A stretch of 64,000 nt of DNA from Somniosus microcephalus (GCA_052327205.1 CM126218.1:81406001-81470000); one strand, 5' to 3'; numbered from the stretch's first letter, positions 23,016 through 36,927 are shown. Numbers and translations are program-made. The notes: generated by a model from the sequence alone, not told the origin.

Positions 23016-25589
23016 TTTAAAAATTCTGTGTCATTTGCATACATTACCCCGATGTGTAAATGTACAGATAAGCTCTCCAAGTGGACTCATCTTTTATGAT
23101 ACCGTACTTGCAGCTTTTGATCATGCATGGTTTTTCTGAAGCTAATATTGAAGTTGTTATTTTTGCTTGGTTTATTCTTTAACTAGCTAAATTTCATAAC
23201 TTTGTTTACAATTTAACTAGATTACCTGTACTGCATGCACAGGATACTGTATAAAGTACTTGCAATAGCTGTTCACCTAGAAACACTGTATAGTATAAAG
23301 GAACGCAAATAAATATAAGGTCGGCAACACACTTGTTTCAGATCAAATCAGCAGTTTCCTCTTGCAGGAGACTTTTTTTTATTATGGGGTAAGGGGGGGG
23401 GGGGGTGGTGGCGTGAAGAGGTAGAGACATACACAGGCAGGATCACACAAAGAATACCAGGCACTCCTAAATGAGCTATTTTTAGAGAACCAATAGAAGT
23501 ATTTGCTGGTACAAAATATAACTGTTACATCTGCACCCATTCTAAAAATGTGGGCACATTCTGTTTTGAGGCTTATGCTGCCCGTCGAGGATTTGTATTT
23601 GGACCTGAATACATTGTATGGGCGCTCTGCTCAGGAAAGGGTTATTACACTAAACATTTCCCTCATCTACTTTATTTATTTTATAATGGATGTGTTCCAT
23701 GGTTTCTTTAGGGTTTATATGGCATTAATTTGTAAATTACCTGACATGCCCATTAGGCTCTGATGCAGTATGTTCCACTACTGTAAACTTCATAAGGCAT
23801 TCTTGAACACACCCCACCATCTCCCGTCAACCATGTATTTTCTACACTGCTACAGACTTGCTCAATGCTTATAATGACCTTGACAAAATTCTGGAAAAAT
23901 AATCTCTGGACCTCCAGCTCTGAGCTATTTTTGAACTGGCTTTGAATAATTGTCACACAATATGAGTTTCTTGATTAATTGCTTGAGATAAGGCCTACTT
24001 TTCTCACTGGCCTCCAGTGGTTCCCTTACTTCCCACAATCACTTTTTTTTCCTAGTTTGCAAGCACAGAGGGATGTGCAGAGCAGGAAAACTCACAGATG
24101 CCAGAGAGGGCAAAATGTATTACAGAAGGATTAGCTAGCAGACAATGACAAAAAAGGATTAACTCTTCCAATGCCATTAACGCTAATAACAGGTAATTAT
24201 TTAGCTACATGCTAAAGGGTCATTGAGTGATTAGCAATATTTTCACAGAACACATGGCAGCCTTCTCCACTGTCTGTGCCTCCTCTTTCATTACACAATA
24301 TACAGAGCCTACCCGCATGTAACTTGAGAAAGAATGAATTACTCAGCAATGAAAGAATATGCGATCATCTGATGGAAAAGTTTCTTTAAATTATGACTCT
24401 CAATTTTTGTAATCATGAATAAATGTACTCTACAAATACAAAACCTCTTTTCAACCTGTTTATGAAGTGGAGGTATGCACATCTATAGAAATAATGCCTG
24501 GACTGTTTTGTCTCGGTGCAAATACCAAAGCAATTAGCAGAGCTCAAATTATAAACCGACAATATTGGGCTTTGGTAAGCCCAAAAAAGGGACTTCATCC
24601 AAGATGTTAATTTTTTCATTATTTGGTACGATTAAGGTAGGTTCCTTCATTTTATTTTCCTTTAACCTACTTTATTATCTTATTCTTTCTTCCTCTCCTA
24701 TTGCTCCTCTTATTTTGCCCTTCACTCTGCCTTTTCCTTTTACAATTCCTTCAGCTTATTTTTATCTATTCCAGTCATTTTTAGATTGTTCTTTTAAACC
24801 CCTTTTTAACTTCTGCTGAATAACAAACCTCCATAGAGTTAGAGCAACAAGCGACGTCGCTAGCTAATTTAGCAAAATCTTGTATTTTGAGAATGAAGGA
24901 TCCTGAAATAAGGGAGCGCCACTTTTCTCTCATATGCTTTATGCTGGAAATGAATCTTTTCTGCCTTCCCTTTGAATAAAAACCTGGTAAAATTGGGGCA
25001 GAAACAAAAGCACTTTTCCAGTTTTAGTTAACTGGAGGTTCAGTGCTCACGTCAGGTCCAAAACTTTCTTTTTCCTGCTCTTGTTCATGTTTCTCCTGTG
25101 CAATTCTTATTCTCTTATGTTCCCAATCTTCAGGCTTCAAAGCTTCCACCGAAATAATGTTAGAGCCTTAGGCAAACACTATAAAAATTGACATTTTTAA
25201 TCCAGCAGTCTTGAAAACAACAATTATCAAAACAAATAAAACTCCTTGTCTGTGGTTCTGCGGCCAACAGAGGAGGTTTAAGTGTTTTCCCTCTTTTTTG
25301 AACTGATGTCTTCTTTTTCACTACTACAATATTTGCATTGATTTCTTGCATCCATTTATTTCATCATTCCAAGTTCTTTTTCAACGTTTCACATTATATG
25401 ATCTCTTCGCTTCTTTGATCCTGCAGTAGTACACAGTCTTTCTGGATATTAGTAACGTCAGCACCACAGCATTTAGTATTGTGCTCACACAAACTATACG
25501 CATGTAGGGGGCAGGGAGTGGAATGCAATGGGGAGGGAAAGGAGAAAAATAATTCTCAGTATATATCGTACAGAAATTTATAACAACCA

Positions 25590-25829
25590 TATCTCTTGGA
25601 CTCGTTTCGATCGCCTAGATGGGTCGGAGAGGAATTTCCCAGATTCCTCCCCCCCTCCCCCCTGCCAAAATTGGCCTGGGTTTCTTATCTGGTTTTTCAT
25701 CTCTCCCAGGAGATCACATGGTTTGGGGTGGGGTGGAGAGTATATATTCTGACACACAAGGTATCGCAATTGTGTGGGCCAGGCTCCATGGACCAGAGGG
25801 TCTTTACCTGTCCCTCATTGTTCGTATGA
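25590..25829 (+). mobile_element. CR1 3' UTR fragment
   Basis: gatcgcctagatgggtcggagaggaatttcccag...ctctcccaggagatcac...ggaccagagggtctttacctgtcc is the reverse complement of the 52095..52300 family. Confidence 0.72.
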
Positions 25830-27184
25830 ATCAAATATTTATCTTACCTAATAATTGTGATAGGTGAAGCCTTTGTATCCCCAGGTTTAAAATGCAAGAA
25901 AAATTACAAGATCACTGTTATTTGGCAACAGAAATAGCAATAGCCGTGTTCCCGTTCTCTCTCTCTCTCTTTATATGAAGCATCTTGGGATGTTTTGCTA
26001 CATTAAAAGGTGCCATAGTGAACATCAATTTGCAGAACAAAAATCGTCTCAAGAATGCAAAATATAGTCATTTCTAAATCTCATTCTTAAAGTCTAAAGG
26101 GTGTAGAGCTGGCAGCATAGTTACGCCAATGGAAGATAAAATACAGCAAGTAACCTGTTCGAGGATCGTTAATATTGCCGAATGAAATTGAAAACTGAAT
26201 GGTAACTGGAAATAAAAGCATTTCTCTTTATATACTTGAGGCCAAGACCCGTGTGTAGGACATCACCAAGGTTAAAAATAATTGAAGAGAAGTTGAGGCA
26301 AATCAGTAAATAATAATTAGGTGATGACAAACTTGAGTTTCAAAGGTAGTTTGAAGATTGTGGGATGAAGGAAAGACTGAGGGAAGAACGGGTTCTATAG
26401 TTAGAGATCCTGGGGAACAATGCGTTAAGAGTAGGAGATGGTTTGATTTCAATACAGTGCAGATGTAGGGAGGAAGAAAAGCATGTAAGAAGCTGTATTT
26501 GATAAGTTTTTCCATGGCACCAAGGCTCCCCTTGTTAAAGTTACCAGCAATATCCTTTATGATTGTGACCACACTGCGCTTTCCCTACTCACCCTCTTTA
26601 ACCTCTCTGCAATGTTCCACAGTCGACCATTCCCTCCTTCACCGTCTCTCATCTGTGGTCTACCTCCGAGGCAGCACCCTAGCACTGTTCCACTCATACC
26701 TGTCCCAGCACAGCCAGAACATCTACAATGGCTTTTCATTCCACCCCCATATAACCACATCTGGTTGACTCCATCCTTGGCCCCCCCTTCTTCTGCTTGT
26801 CTACATTTTGAACCTTGTCAGCATCATTCGTATGGATGGGTCGGTTTTTCATGTGTATATTGATGACACCCAGCTTTGTCACTCTGTCATTCTCTGCTCT
26901 TCAACCGTCATTGCGCTATGCAATCGGTTAGCCGACAGGAAGTTCTCAATGAGAAAACATTTCCTTAAGCACAACATTATCGAGATCAAATCTATCAGCT
27001 CTAATATAAAACAGGGCACTTCAGCACTTGACTCCCTCTCTCTCTCTCTGCCAGCTCCCTCAGACTGAGCCCGATGGTATGCAACCTTGCTGTCCTGTTT
27101 GCCTGAAATGAGCTTTAAACCCCACGTCTTTGCCACTACCAGGGCTCCCTGTCTTCGTCTCCGCAACAATGCCTGCCTCCGAGT

Positions 27185-27575
27185 TAGGAAGCCATGATTC
27201 AAGCCCCACTCCAGGACCTGAGTACATAAACTAGGTTGACACTTCTGTGCAGTACTCAGAGTGTTGCAATGGTGGAGATGTTTTTTTTTCTGACCAAACA
27301 TTAAACCAAGTCTGCCTGTTCAGATGGATGTAAAAGATCCCCGAGAGTATTCGAAGAGCAGGGAGTTCTCCTTGTGTACTCACCAACATTTATCCCTCAA
27401 TAAACATTAGCTGGCGATAAATCTCGTGGGTATTTGTGGGATCTTGCTGTGCCCAAATTGGCTGCTGTGTTTTCCTACAAAAAACAATGACTACTTCAAA
27501 AGTAATTAATTGGCTGTGAAGCACTTTGGGACAGCCCAAGGAAGTGAAAGATGCTACATAAATACAAGTTCTTTC
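27185..27575 (+). mobile_element. Deu-domain SINE (SacSINE1-like)
   Basis: ttcaagccccactccag head, ggatgtaaaagatccc...gaagagcagggagttctcc core, and aagcactttgggac...atacaagttctttc tail. Confidence 0.85.
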
Positions 27576-27642
27576 TACCTCACCCCCATCGCTGCTGACA
27601 TACTTATCCATACCTTCATACCTCCAAACCTGATTACTTCAT

Positions 27643-28828
27643 AAGGCATTCTCCCAGTTTCTCCGTCTCCGCCGCATCTGCTCCGGCGATGCCACCTTCC
27701 ATACTAGTGCTTCCGACATGTCTTCCTTTTTCCTCAACCAAGGATTCCCCTCTACTGTGGTTGACACAGCCCTTGACCGTGTCCGTTCTATCTCCCGCAT
27801 TTCTGCCCTCACCCCTGCCCCTCCCTCCCAGACCCACGATAGAGTTCCCCTTGTCCTCACCTTTCACCCCACCAGCCTCCACATTCAACAGATCATTCTC
27901 CGCCATTTCCGCCACCTCCAGCGTGATCCCACCACCAAACGCATCTTCCCCTCACCTCCCCTTTCAGCATTCCGTAGGGACCGCTCCCTCCGTGACACCC
28001 TAGTCCACTCCTCTACCACCCCCAGCACCCCTTCCCCTGGCACCTTCCTGTGCAAGCGCAGGAGATGCAACACATGCCGTTATACCGCCCCCTTCCCACT
28101 GTCCAGGGCCCCAAATACCCCTTCCAGGTGAAACGGCGATTTACTTGTACTTCTTGCAATTTAGTATATTGTATTCGCTGCTCACGATGTGGTCTCCTCT
28201 ACATTGGGGAGACCAAACGCAGATTGGGTGACCGCTTTGCAGAACACCTCCGTTCAGTCCGTAAGGGTGACCCCGAGCTTCCAGTCACCCGTCACTTTAA
28301 TTGTCCGCTCCATTCCCACTCGGACCTCACCGTCCTCAGCCTCTTGCACGGTTCCACGGAAGCTCGAGGAACAGCACCTCATCTTTCGATTAGGCACTCT
28401 ACAGCCCTCTGGACTCAACATAGAGTTTAACAATTTCAGATCATAACCTCGGCCCCGATCACATATATATTTTCTTTTTTTTCTCTTCTTCCCTCCCACA
28501 GGGCACCTGTCTTTCAATCTGCCAGTGCAATTCACACCCCATCTAGAGCCATCCTTTGTTTCTTAACCTGCCCCATTACCACCTCCTCTCGCCTTGAATA
28601 TCTCTCAATCTCTCCTGCCTTCTATCCTATCACCGACCTTCCCTTTTGTTCTTTCATCCCCTCCCCCCTTTCCCAGCCCCTAAACCTGCTTTCCAGTTCT
28701 GACGAAGGGTCTTCGACCTGAAACGTTGACTCCGTTTCTCTCTCCACGGATGCTGCCCTGGCCTGCTGGGTGTTTCCAGCGTTTCCTGTTGTTATTTTGG
28801 ATTTCCAGTGTCCGCAGTATTTTGCCAT
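27643..28828 (+). mobile_element. Penelope-like retroelement (GIY-YIG endonuclease, Neptune-type), 5'-truncated, with 13-bp TSD
   Basis: SQFLRLRRICS...RVPLVLTFHP...CKRRRCNTC, then CTSCNLVYCIRCSRCGLLYIGETKRRLGDRFAEH, then RKLEEQHLIFRLGTLQPSGLN, across two frameshifts. TSD ctgattacttcat lies at 27630..27642 and 28829..28841. Confidence 0.95.
28695..28731 (+). ncRNA. Minimal type I hammerhead ribozyme motif in the Penelope terminus
   Basis: AGUU-CUGACGA-A-GGGUC(uuc)GACCU-GAAA-CGUU-GACU shows the core boxes, stem II, stem I AGUU/GACU, and the palindrome AACGUU in place of stem III. Confidence 0.75.
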
Positions 28829-29139
28829 CTGATTACTTCATTGCTTTCCTTGTTGATTTCCTGACTTCTGCCCTTTACAAATTGTAACTCCTCCACCTGA
28901 AGTCTATCTCATATTAAGTCCTGTTCCTCTATTATCCCTGTGTTCACTGGCTCCCTATCTGCCAATATATCACTTTCAAAAATCCTGGACCTGATCCAGA
29001 AATCCCTCCATAAATTTACTTAATAACTATTAAATAAATTTATGTAATATAAAATAAAGACTTTAGATTCTCAGGGCAACAATAAAATGAATAGCCTTGT
29101 TAGAACATTCAACAGTTAAGTCGCCCATCTGCAACATTA

Positions 29140-29538
29140 GAGGGGTTTGGATCTCATTGAAACTTATAAAATTCTGTCAGGCCTGGACAGACTAGATGCA
29201 GGAAGGATGTTCCTGATGGCCGGGGAGTCCAGAACCAGGGGTCACAGTCTAAGGATAAGGGGTAAGCCATTTAGGACTGAGATGAGGAGGAATTTCTTCA
29301 CCCAGAGAGTGGTGAACCTGTGGAATTCTCTGCCACAGAGGGCGGTGGAGGCCAATTCATTAAATATATTCAAGGAGGGGTTGGATATATTTCTTAAGGC
29401 TAAAGGGATCAAGGGATATGGGGAGAAGGCAGGGACAGGGTACTGAGTTTGGATGATCAGCCATGATCTCATTGAATGGTGGAGCAGGCTCGAGGGCCGA
29501 ATGGCCTACTCCTGCTCCTATCTTCTATGTTTCTATGT
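29140..29538 (+). mobile_element. Young CR1 LINE 3' end
   Basis: DLIETYKIL.GLDRLD...SRTRGHSLRI...RRNFFTQRVVNLWNSLP; tail ggccgaatggcctactcctgctcc(ttctatgt)n. Confidence 0.93.
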
Positions 29539-29872
29539 AGGAAGCATGAAAAGTTAAATCTCCCAATCTAAATCAATGGGTTGTTGCTCCCAGAATCAGA
29601 ATAGTGCAGGATGATCTAAATAATTTTATGCTGACCAGTATGGATGATCTTTCTTTGAACAAGATGCCACAAACACATCATTGTAGACTACTATAAATTA
29701 GTGAATGGTGAGAATGGCGAAAATCCACCAAGGAGGACGAGAAGAAGATGATAAATGAACTTTATATTGTACAATTCTGAGGAGATAACTGCCAGGGAAA
29801 CAGTTTATGCAGACTGTTGACACCAACGCCACATCAGACAATATATGGGCAAGCAAAGACTTGGACACCTCA

Positions 29873-30222
29873 GGACGGTGGCATAGTGGTTAGCACTGTT
29901 GCCTCACAGCGCCAGGGACCCGGGTTCGAATCCGGCCTCGGGCGACTGTCTGTGTGGAGTTTGCACATTCTCCCCGTGTTTGCGTGGGTTTTCTCCGGGT
30001 GCTCCGGTTTCCTCCCACAGTCCAAAGATGTGCGGGTTAGGTTGATTGGCTATGATAAATTGGCACTTAGTGTTAGGGGGATTAAATACGTGGGGTTATG
30101 GGGATAGGGTGGGATATGTGTTGGTGTAGGGGTTACGGGGATCGGGTGGGATATGTGTCGGTGCAGGCTCGATGGGCCGAAATGGCCTCTATCTGCACTG
30201 TGGGGTTTCTGTGATTCTGTGA
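29873..30222 (+). mobile_element. V-SINE (HE1-like), near-identical to 761..1099
   Basis: Same A/B boxes, V-domain and internal duplication; (ttctgtga)n tail. Confidence 0.92.
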
Positions 30223-30599
30223 CAGTTGCAGCTATGGATAATTCATAGAAAACATCTTGCATTTTACTGGAAAATGGGAACTTCCTCAAGTCTGGATGCC
30301 GATCAACATACTGCTCAGGCTGTCTTTGGTCAAGAAGTTGTTTCTGATAATGGTCAACCTAAGGTCCTTGAAGCTATCCACCTTGATGGACTTGGAAGGG
30401 ATAAGCCCTTTAGTAACAGCTTAGCTCAGTGATGGGACTCTTGTCTCTGGGTCAGAAGGTTGTGGGCTCAAGCAGTGTTTTACTAATACAAAATATGAAC
30501 TGGTTAGATAACTCAATCTTCAATGTATTTCTGTCAATTTATTTCTCTTACATAAAACTATTATGCAAGAATTGTTGATTTTGTTACAAGTAATACAAC

Positions 30600-30950
30600 T
30601 TACAGTAAAGTGTAACACTTTAATGTAATAAATTAGCCCAAGATGTTTCACACAGGAGAAAAGCATACTGAACGGTAGGAGAGTTGGCCGAATGCATGGT
30701 GGAAATGTCAGGTTTTGAGGAGGCTTTTAAAAGTGGGGAAGGGAGCAATGAGATCGACAGGTTTAGTGAGGGACTTCTAGAAAGTAGGTCCTAAATGGTT
30801 GAAAGCTCTGTTACAGAGTTAAAGCACCAACAGAGTGGATATACAGAAGACTGGAATTACAAGATCATAGTGTGCAGACTGGGAAATATGGCTGGAACAT
30901 TGAGGAACACCATGGAGGGATTTGTGAACTTACATTGCTTAATTCAAATT
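30600..30950 (-). mobile_element. Old L2 3' fragment
   Basis: caggttttgaggaggcttttaaa...gagggacttctagaaagtaggtcctaaatggttgaaagc...catggagggatttg parallels 12950..13170. Confidence 0.55.
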
Positions 30951-33919
30951 ATTGGATAGTTCAAATGATTTTAGTGCCAAAAACAGCATTGAATTATCAC
31001 GAGTAGACTGTATAATCCTAGTATTCAATCGGATACTAATTACCCGCATTCAAAAGCTCAAGAACCAAAGGTGGTATTGCTGCAAAATATATTGTTTTTA
31101 AATGGTGTATTACCCACTTGTGATTCACGCTCCCATTTCAACAGATGCATACAATAATATCTTTGCCAACCTATCTTGTGGGCTAAGGATTAGTGAGGTG
31201 CCATTGTTCTGAGCTGCGGCCTGCTATCTGCACCAGGTCCGCACACAAATATCCGACCAGATTTGAAAGCCCTCTGGGTAGAATTATTGTAAATGCGGCC
31301 CTCTTACTGCTAATGTAGACAAGGTAATTGCAGGCTCTATGACAAGTTCAGAGGAAAGGTGAAATGATTCCGTTTACAGATAACTGACACAGGATGTTAT
31401 TTACTGTTATAAACTGAGCTTTAAAAAGAATGATTAGATGACCTTCTACACGATAAGTGTTGGTTAAAGATGCACGGTTCTTCTATTGACCCTGCTCTAC
31501 AACTATAAGTCCTCCCAATCAGTTTACACCATATATATCGTAAACTACAGGAATTTGAATAGGAAGTGGCATTAATGCAACACATCTTCAAATTGTTGGT
31601 TATGTAGCAAAACATTCATGCCTTAAAATCAATGAGAATAATCAGTTGAGGTTATCATGGCAATCAAGATTACTGACATTTCAAATTGAGCAGGACAATC
31701 CATACTGATAACTCAATGTTTGTAGTAATCATAAACCCCATCGATGTAATCATTTCTTCCATCTAATTTTGCATAAAACTGGTCAATGGCAGAAGACTAC
31801 AGCTCAAGCTCCCTGGAATTTTGCACACATGTAACTTATTTAAAAAGGTGCAATTCCTGCTATTATAAGCAGCAAAAAAAAAATCACCAAAAAAAAAATT
31901 TAAATTCAAAAATTCAAAACCTGACTTGCCAAATATGCTACACATTTTCGGTTACTACAAAGCATCTTCAGCATCTCAGTAATGCGGTATACAGCAACTT
32001 GCATTTATACCCTGTGTTACCACACTCAAACCTAGGTCAGTTTAGGATTTCACATTACAGTAGTATGATACCATCTTGAGCAGGTAGCCTAAATGTGTGT
32101 TTACATTGCAAGTTTAGCATCAATGCAAAGTGCTTTTCACTTTGCATCTATGCTAAACTTGGTGGTGATCTCCCGCAACTCTGGTTTTAATACTGGATGG
32201 AGTGTAAATCCAGTGCAATGTCAAACCTGGTTCACAAAGTGCTTTGGATGCGGCTGGGGAAAGGGGTAGGTGAAGAGTGGATGATTTATTGGACCCTGCT
32301 TGCCGCTTTTTAAACCTACCTTTCCTCAGTTTAAATGTAGAGATCAGGAGCCTTCCGCTCTCCACTCCCCGCTCTCTTAGTATTTACATTTCTCTATGCA
32401 TTTGTGTATCCAGGCATATGCAAAGTTATCTCCTGAACAGGACAGTTGAAGTTCTAGCCAGGTAGAAGAGCAGCAATGTAATCAGGGTTCTGCCTGGTTG
32501 GAGTCTGAACTACATCTACAGGTCTCAGACCAGTAGCTGGACCCCAACATTGCCTTGGTTTCAAACTGGCTGCAGTGTGCTGCAAGGCCAACTTCTCGAA
32601 GGACAATCCACTGAATCGCCTTCGAAGTTAGTTCGTACCTTCTGTGAGATGGTTGAAAAACAATTTTAAAATCTAGTAGCTTACTCAACATTATTTAAGG
32701 TCCATCGACAAAAACGTGGGTGGAAAAGTGGCAAGCATTAGTAGAAGTGGCAAATCCATTTATGAGAAACACCTAAACAGACCAGAGTACAGGAAACGGG
32801 CTGTAAAATTTCATTCTGCAGAAATCGCTTGAAAGGTTTCAACAAGGTGATAATTGATAAGCACATGCATGTACACAAGTACTGAGTTATACTGTCAACA
32901 TATGTTGCATAAAGCAAAGTTTAGATTATTACAAAGCAGTGGTGGCATGTGTGTGGCTGTGACATTTATGTTAAAATACAAACTTAACAGATGAAAATAC
33001 TAGCAAGAGGAAACAAAAAAAACCAAAAGCTATGGTATGTTATTTGACTGCAAACATGAAAGAGAGACTTATTGTTCCTTAGTGACACAGTATATGGCAG
33101 GATTGTTTAAGTTTTTACATTTTCATATTAATCAATTGTTAACACTGTATTCGCTAATCACAGATTGAGCCAAATATTCAAATTGCCAATACTGTAATGA
33201 AGCCACGGTAACTCACTGGATATAACTCGCACTTAAAAACACACAAGACTACAGCATTTTGGGGGGGGGGGGGGGGGGTGCTACCCAATGCTGCAAAACA
33301 GAGATCAAATTCACTGAAAATGATCATTCAACAATATTCGAGCCAAATGCCTACCGTTTAATGTAATCATACACAGTATACGCTGCTCACTGTAAAATTG
33401 AACTCATACAAAAATGATTTTACTTTTTAAAATAAATTCTCAACTGGGTTAGATTGAAAACCTCTGGGCTAGGGAAGGTGCAGATAATTTAAGTGAACTG
33501 TTGAACCCCGTCGAGAAGAAGTCACCTGAAAACTTTGTGACTTTCAATGAGAGACTGGGCTGTTTGAATTCTCCAGAGAGGAGTCACTTTGCAAACTCCA
33601 CATGCTCTTAATTAAACAATAACCAGTCGAGTATGCACACAAATTCTCCCTTGTGCATAGTCAACTTAAGGTTCATCGTTTGGTTTACAATAAGTACCGA
33701 CACAATAGAAATATTTGAGCTGATTTTTGATTTTTCTGCTAAGCGCAGTCCTCAAAGAGTTAAGAAAATATCGTAACAAATTCCATACAGTCAATGGAGC
33801 AAAAATGGCCCGAATAGCCTAATTTCCCCTATTAGGCTGGTGTATATATTCTTAACAGCTAATATTTGTTTAATTGAAACAATGCATGCTGGTTTTCAAA
33901 TGGTTTCTGTATAAAGAGA

Positions 33920-34048
33920 AAAAATTGCAGGGATATGGGGAAAGAACGGTGGAGTGAGACTAACTGGATTGCTCTTCGAAAGAGCCCACGCAGACTCGAT
34001 GGGCCGAATGGCCTCCTTCTGTGGTGTACTATTCTAGGAGTCTATGAT
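33920..34048 (+). mobile_element. CR1 3' tail (HER1-like)
   Basis: gggatatggggaaaga...ctggattgctcttcgaaagagcc...ctcgatgggccgaatggcctccttctg. Confidence 0.85.
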
Positions 34049-36927
34049 GAGAAACTGGTCGGTTGGCCTGGGTGACACAATTGCTTCAGTCAAAGGGTTA
34101 ATTATTATATAAGGGCTTTTCAATTGAGGTGTCGGGCCTTTCTCTCAAAAGTCAGAATATATTTTGGTCAGGCTGTTGCAAACTGTATGACTATCTTTGC
34201 AGACGTTGCTGGGTATATCTGAGCTCTTGACTTGCTCACCAGCAATGTAGTCTAGTGATTTGCTATTGTTAGTATGAAAGCGTATGTTAATTAATGGCTA
34301 TAAATTAACTGAAGTACAGACCTATGATTTTTGCAAAACAAAATGATCCAATTCCAAATGTTATCGTAATATATGATTGTTGGTATTGTCTGGAGAGACA
34401 CCTTCAAAGCAAAATATGCTTTATATACAGGAAATTTGGGGGCTGTAAGATGATCTTATGATACCTTTAGGGAATACTGGCTGTTGTTTTGTTTCAATTG
34501 ACAGCATTTTAAAAATGACTGTCTGCTGAATAATGAACTCTAATGGGCAGTCTGATGTATGTAGTTTAAAATACTGCCTTATGCAATGTAATATCATACC
34601 TAGTAGCTTTGCCTCTATATACATTCTTTAAAAATGGCAGTGATTTTTGCATGTATAAATCTGGTATTGAATGATATCGTCACTACTGAATAGACTGAGA
34701 CCGCACTGGATATGCTACATAAATTGCAGCGTTAATGCAAAATAGGGTCATTGTTAATCCTGGGCTACAGTTTGATCGTGGGGAGTCTGCTACAACTGTT
34801 GAAAGCAAACCCGTGTTTAAAAGCCCAAACTTGTGTCATCTCAGTACAGTAATAAGTAAAACAGTCAAGTGTCCTGGAACTCCCAGAGAATAAAAACAAT
34901 AAATCCACCTCTAGAGTATGTAGGGGTGTTCTACTACATTGATAGGTGTGTGACTCTGCATGGCAAACCAAGAGATACAGATTTTGTTTGCAGGTCACAT
35001 ATGAACGACAGTGACTTCAAAATTGTGAATGGAAGATAACTGAAGTGCCAGGCACAAAACTGAAGTAGCACTGAAATGGGACCTTTTTGTGCTGTGTCTG
35101 AAATAAAGTAGCAAGATCTTCCTGGTAAGAAGTACTATTAGCAGAGGAGTCGCAAAAAGCTGCTGGCAGCCATCTTGGATTCAAACCGATGACGCCTGGT
35201 TTTAAAGGAAGCAAGATTTTGCTGTCAGAAAGTGACACAAAATGTAATGGCAGAATAATTTCAAAATTACTACAAGCACAAAAAGTAGATGCGTCACCGG
35301 AAAGCAGATATTAATGTGATCAGATGCTTCTCAACTTATTCTGTATCTCGTTCACGAATGCTCCAGTCGTCCCTAAAGAGTTAATATTTTTCAGTTGCAC
35401 AAAAGGCAGTCATTAAGGTGACTCTTTGAAGACTTGCTCAGTAGCTGCACTTAAAATGTACAGCTAAATCATTTGATCGGCATGACATCACAGGAGAGAA
35501 GGCTAAATGATTTGGACCACTGCAAATGATTAGGGAACCACATGCATACTTACCCCAGGTCACACTGGCACCAATGTAAGACTATGGTATGTATAGCAAA
35601 AAAAAAGCTGCAACAGACCGAAACCCAAAAGGGACATCCAAACCCACATCTTGCTGTGGTTGGCTTGTAATGCATATGCCTCAGCAAGGAAGCACAACCT
35701 ACTACACATTGTTTATACAAAAGATTCCTTTTGATCGGAGCGACGGCAAAACCACAGACTGTGCTCGTCCCCAAAACAAAATGTTTTTAACTTGTAGTTT
35801 TTGCAATGCTTGGCGCCAAGCTGAGAACAGTAAACAATAAACATAGGGTGAGGAATGACAAATTGCTTTTTATAGTTGAACAAGTGATGACATAGTACAG
35901 TACATGATCCTTCTTTGCAGCAAGGAATTTGCCTTGCACTCAGGTGAAACATTTAATGTATGCTACATTTCCCACTACCAATTAGAAGCTCGGACATTTT
36001 TACTTTTTGGTTTCCCAACTGTTAAATAGGAAAATAAAAGTTCTGCAATTAATCCTTCCTGGTACTCCTTACTTAAATTCGCTGGAAATACTTGAAAAAA
36101 CGGTCTGATATTTTTTCTGTACTAGAATAATCAAGGTTTTCTCAGAAAAACTGACAGAATTTGATTTACTCAGTCGCCATAGCCCTAATTATGATTAGAA
36201 CTCCACTGTATTTTCTAGACAAGGTCACTGCTATTTAATGGAGGGGGAAAAAATAACAATCATGGGACGCAATCCCTAAAATACCAGTAAAAATACAAGA
36301 ATCCCATGAAATGAAAACAGGATTGACTTATCCAGTACAATAAACTCGGAGCCCTGAATAAGAGTTGATTTTTCTTTTGTTTACTTGATTAGGAGATGGC
36401 GGCCAACTTACACTGTGTTATTGCACTAACTGAATTGATTTAAACGACCTGAAATTTTATGATCAAAATTGGGACTCGTTAAAGAACAGCGAAACTGGTT
36501 GTAAAAACAATTGTCTCCAAGGCGTGTTTCAGGTGCTCTTTCTAAGACAGGTTGTGTCTTGAGGTGCTTTTATATTAAAGCCAGGGCATCGCTCTCCCCT
36601 TTTATTTTACCAGTGTCCTGCCGGTCCCTGCTGGGTCCTTCTGAAGGTCTACAAGGGGTTTGGGGAGGGTGGGGGGACTCAGCAACTGTGGAGAAATGCA
36701 CCTGATTCAATGTCACTGATGTAAGTTTCTCACTACTGTGGAGGTCCCGATCTTGTGCATCTGGTCCATCACAGCCATGTTGAAAGCACAGTTCAGCCCT
36801 CAGTCTGTGCACTCCACAGGAGCCAATTTGTTAAATGTAGTAGCCACTTCATGAATAAAATTTAAATCAAATTGCTGTAGTATTGGTAACCGGTAAAAAT
36901 CTGGCGAGATCAGGAGGTTGGCAACCT

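Larger units (their letters stand above)
26540..29020 (+). mobile_element. Old L2 LINE fragmented by SINE and Penelope insertions
   Basis: L2 RT remnants: LTSLQCSTVDHSLL, LALFHSYLS and FHVYIDDTQL. The sequence resumes at 27576..27642 and 28842..29020 (attatccctgtgttcactggctccc, ITP..HWLP-like). Confidence 0.72.
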
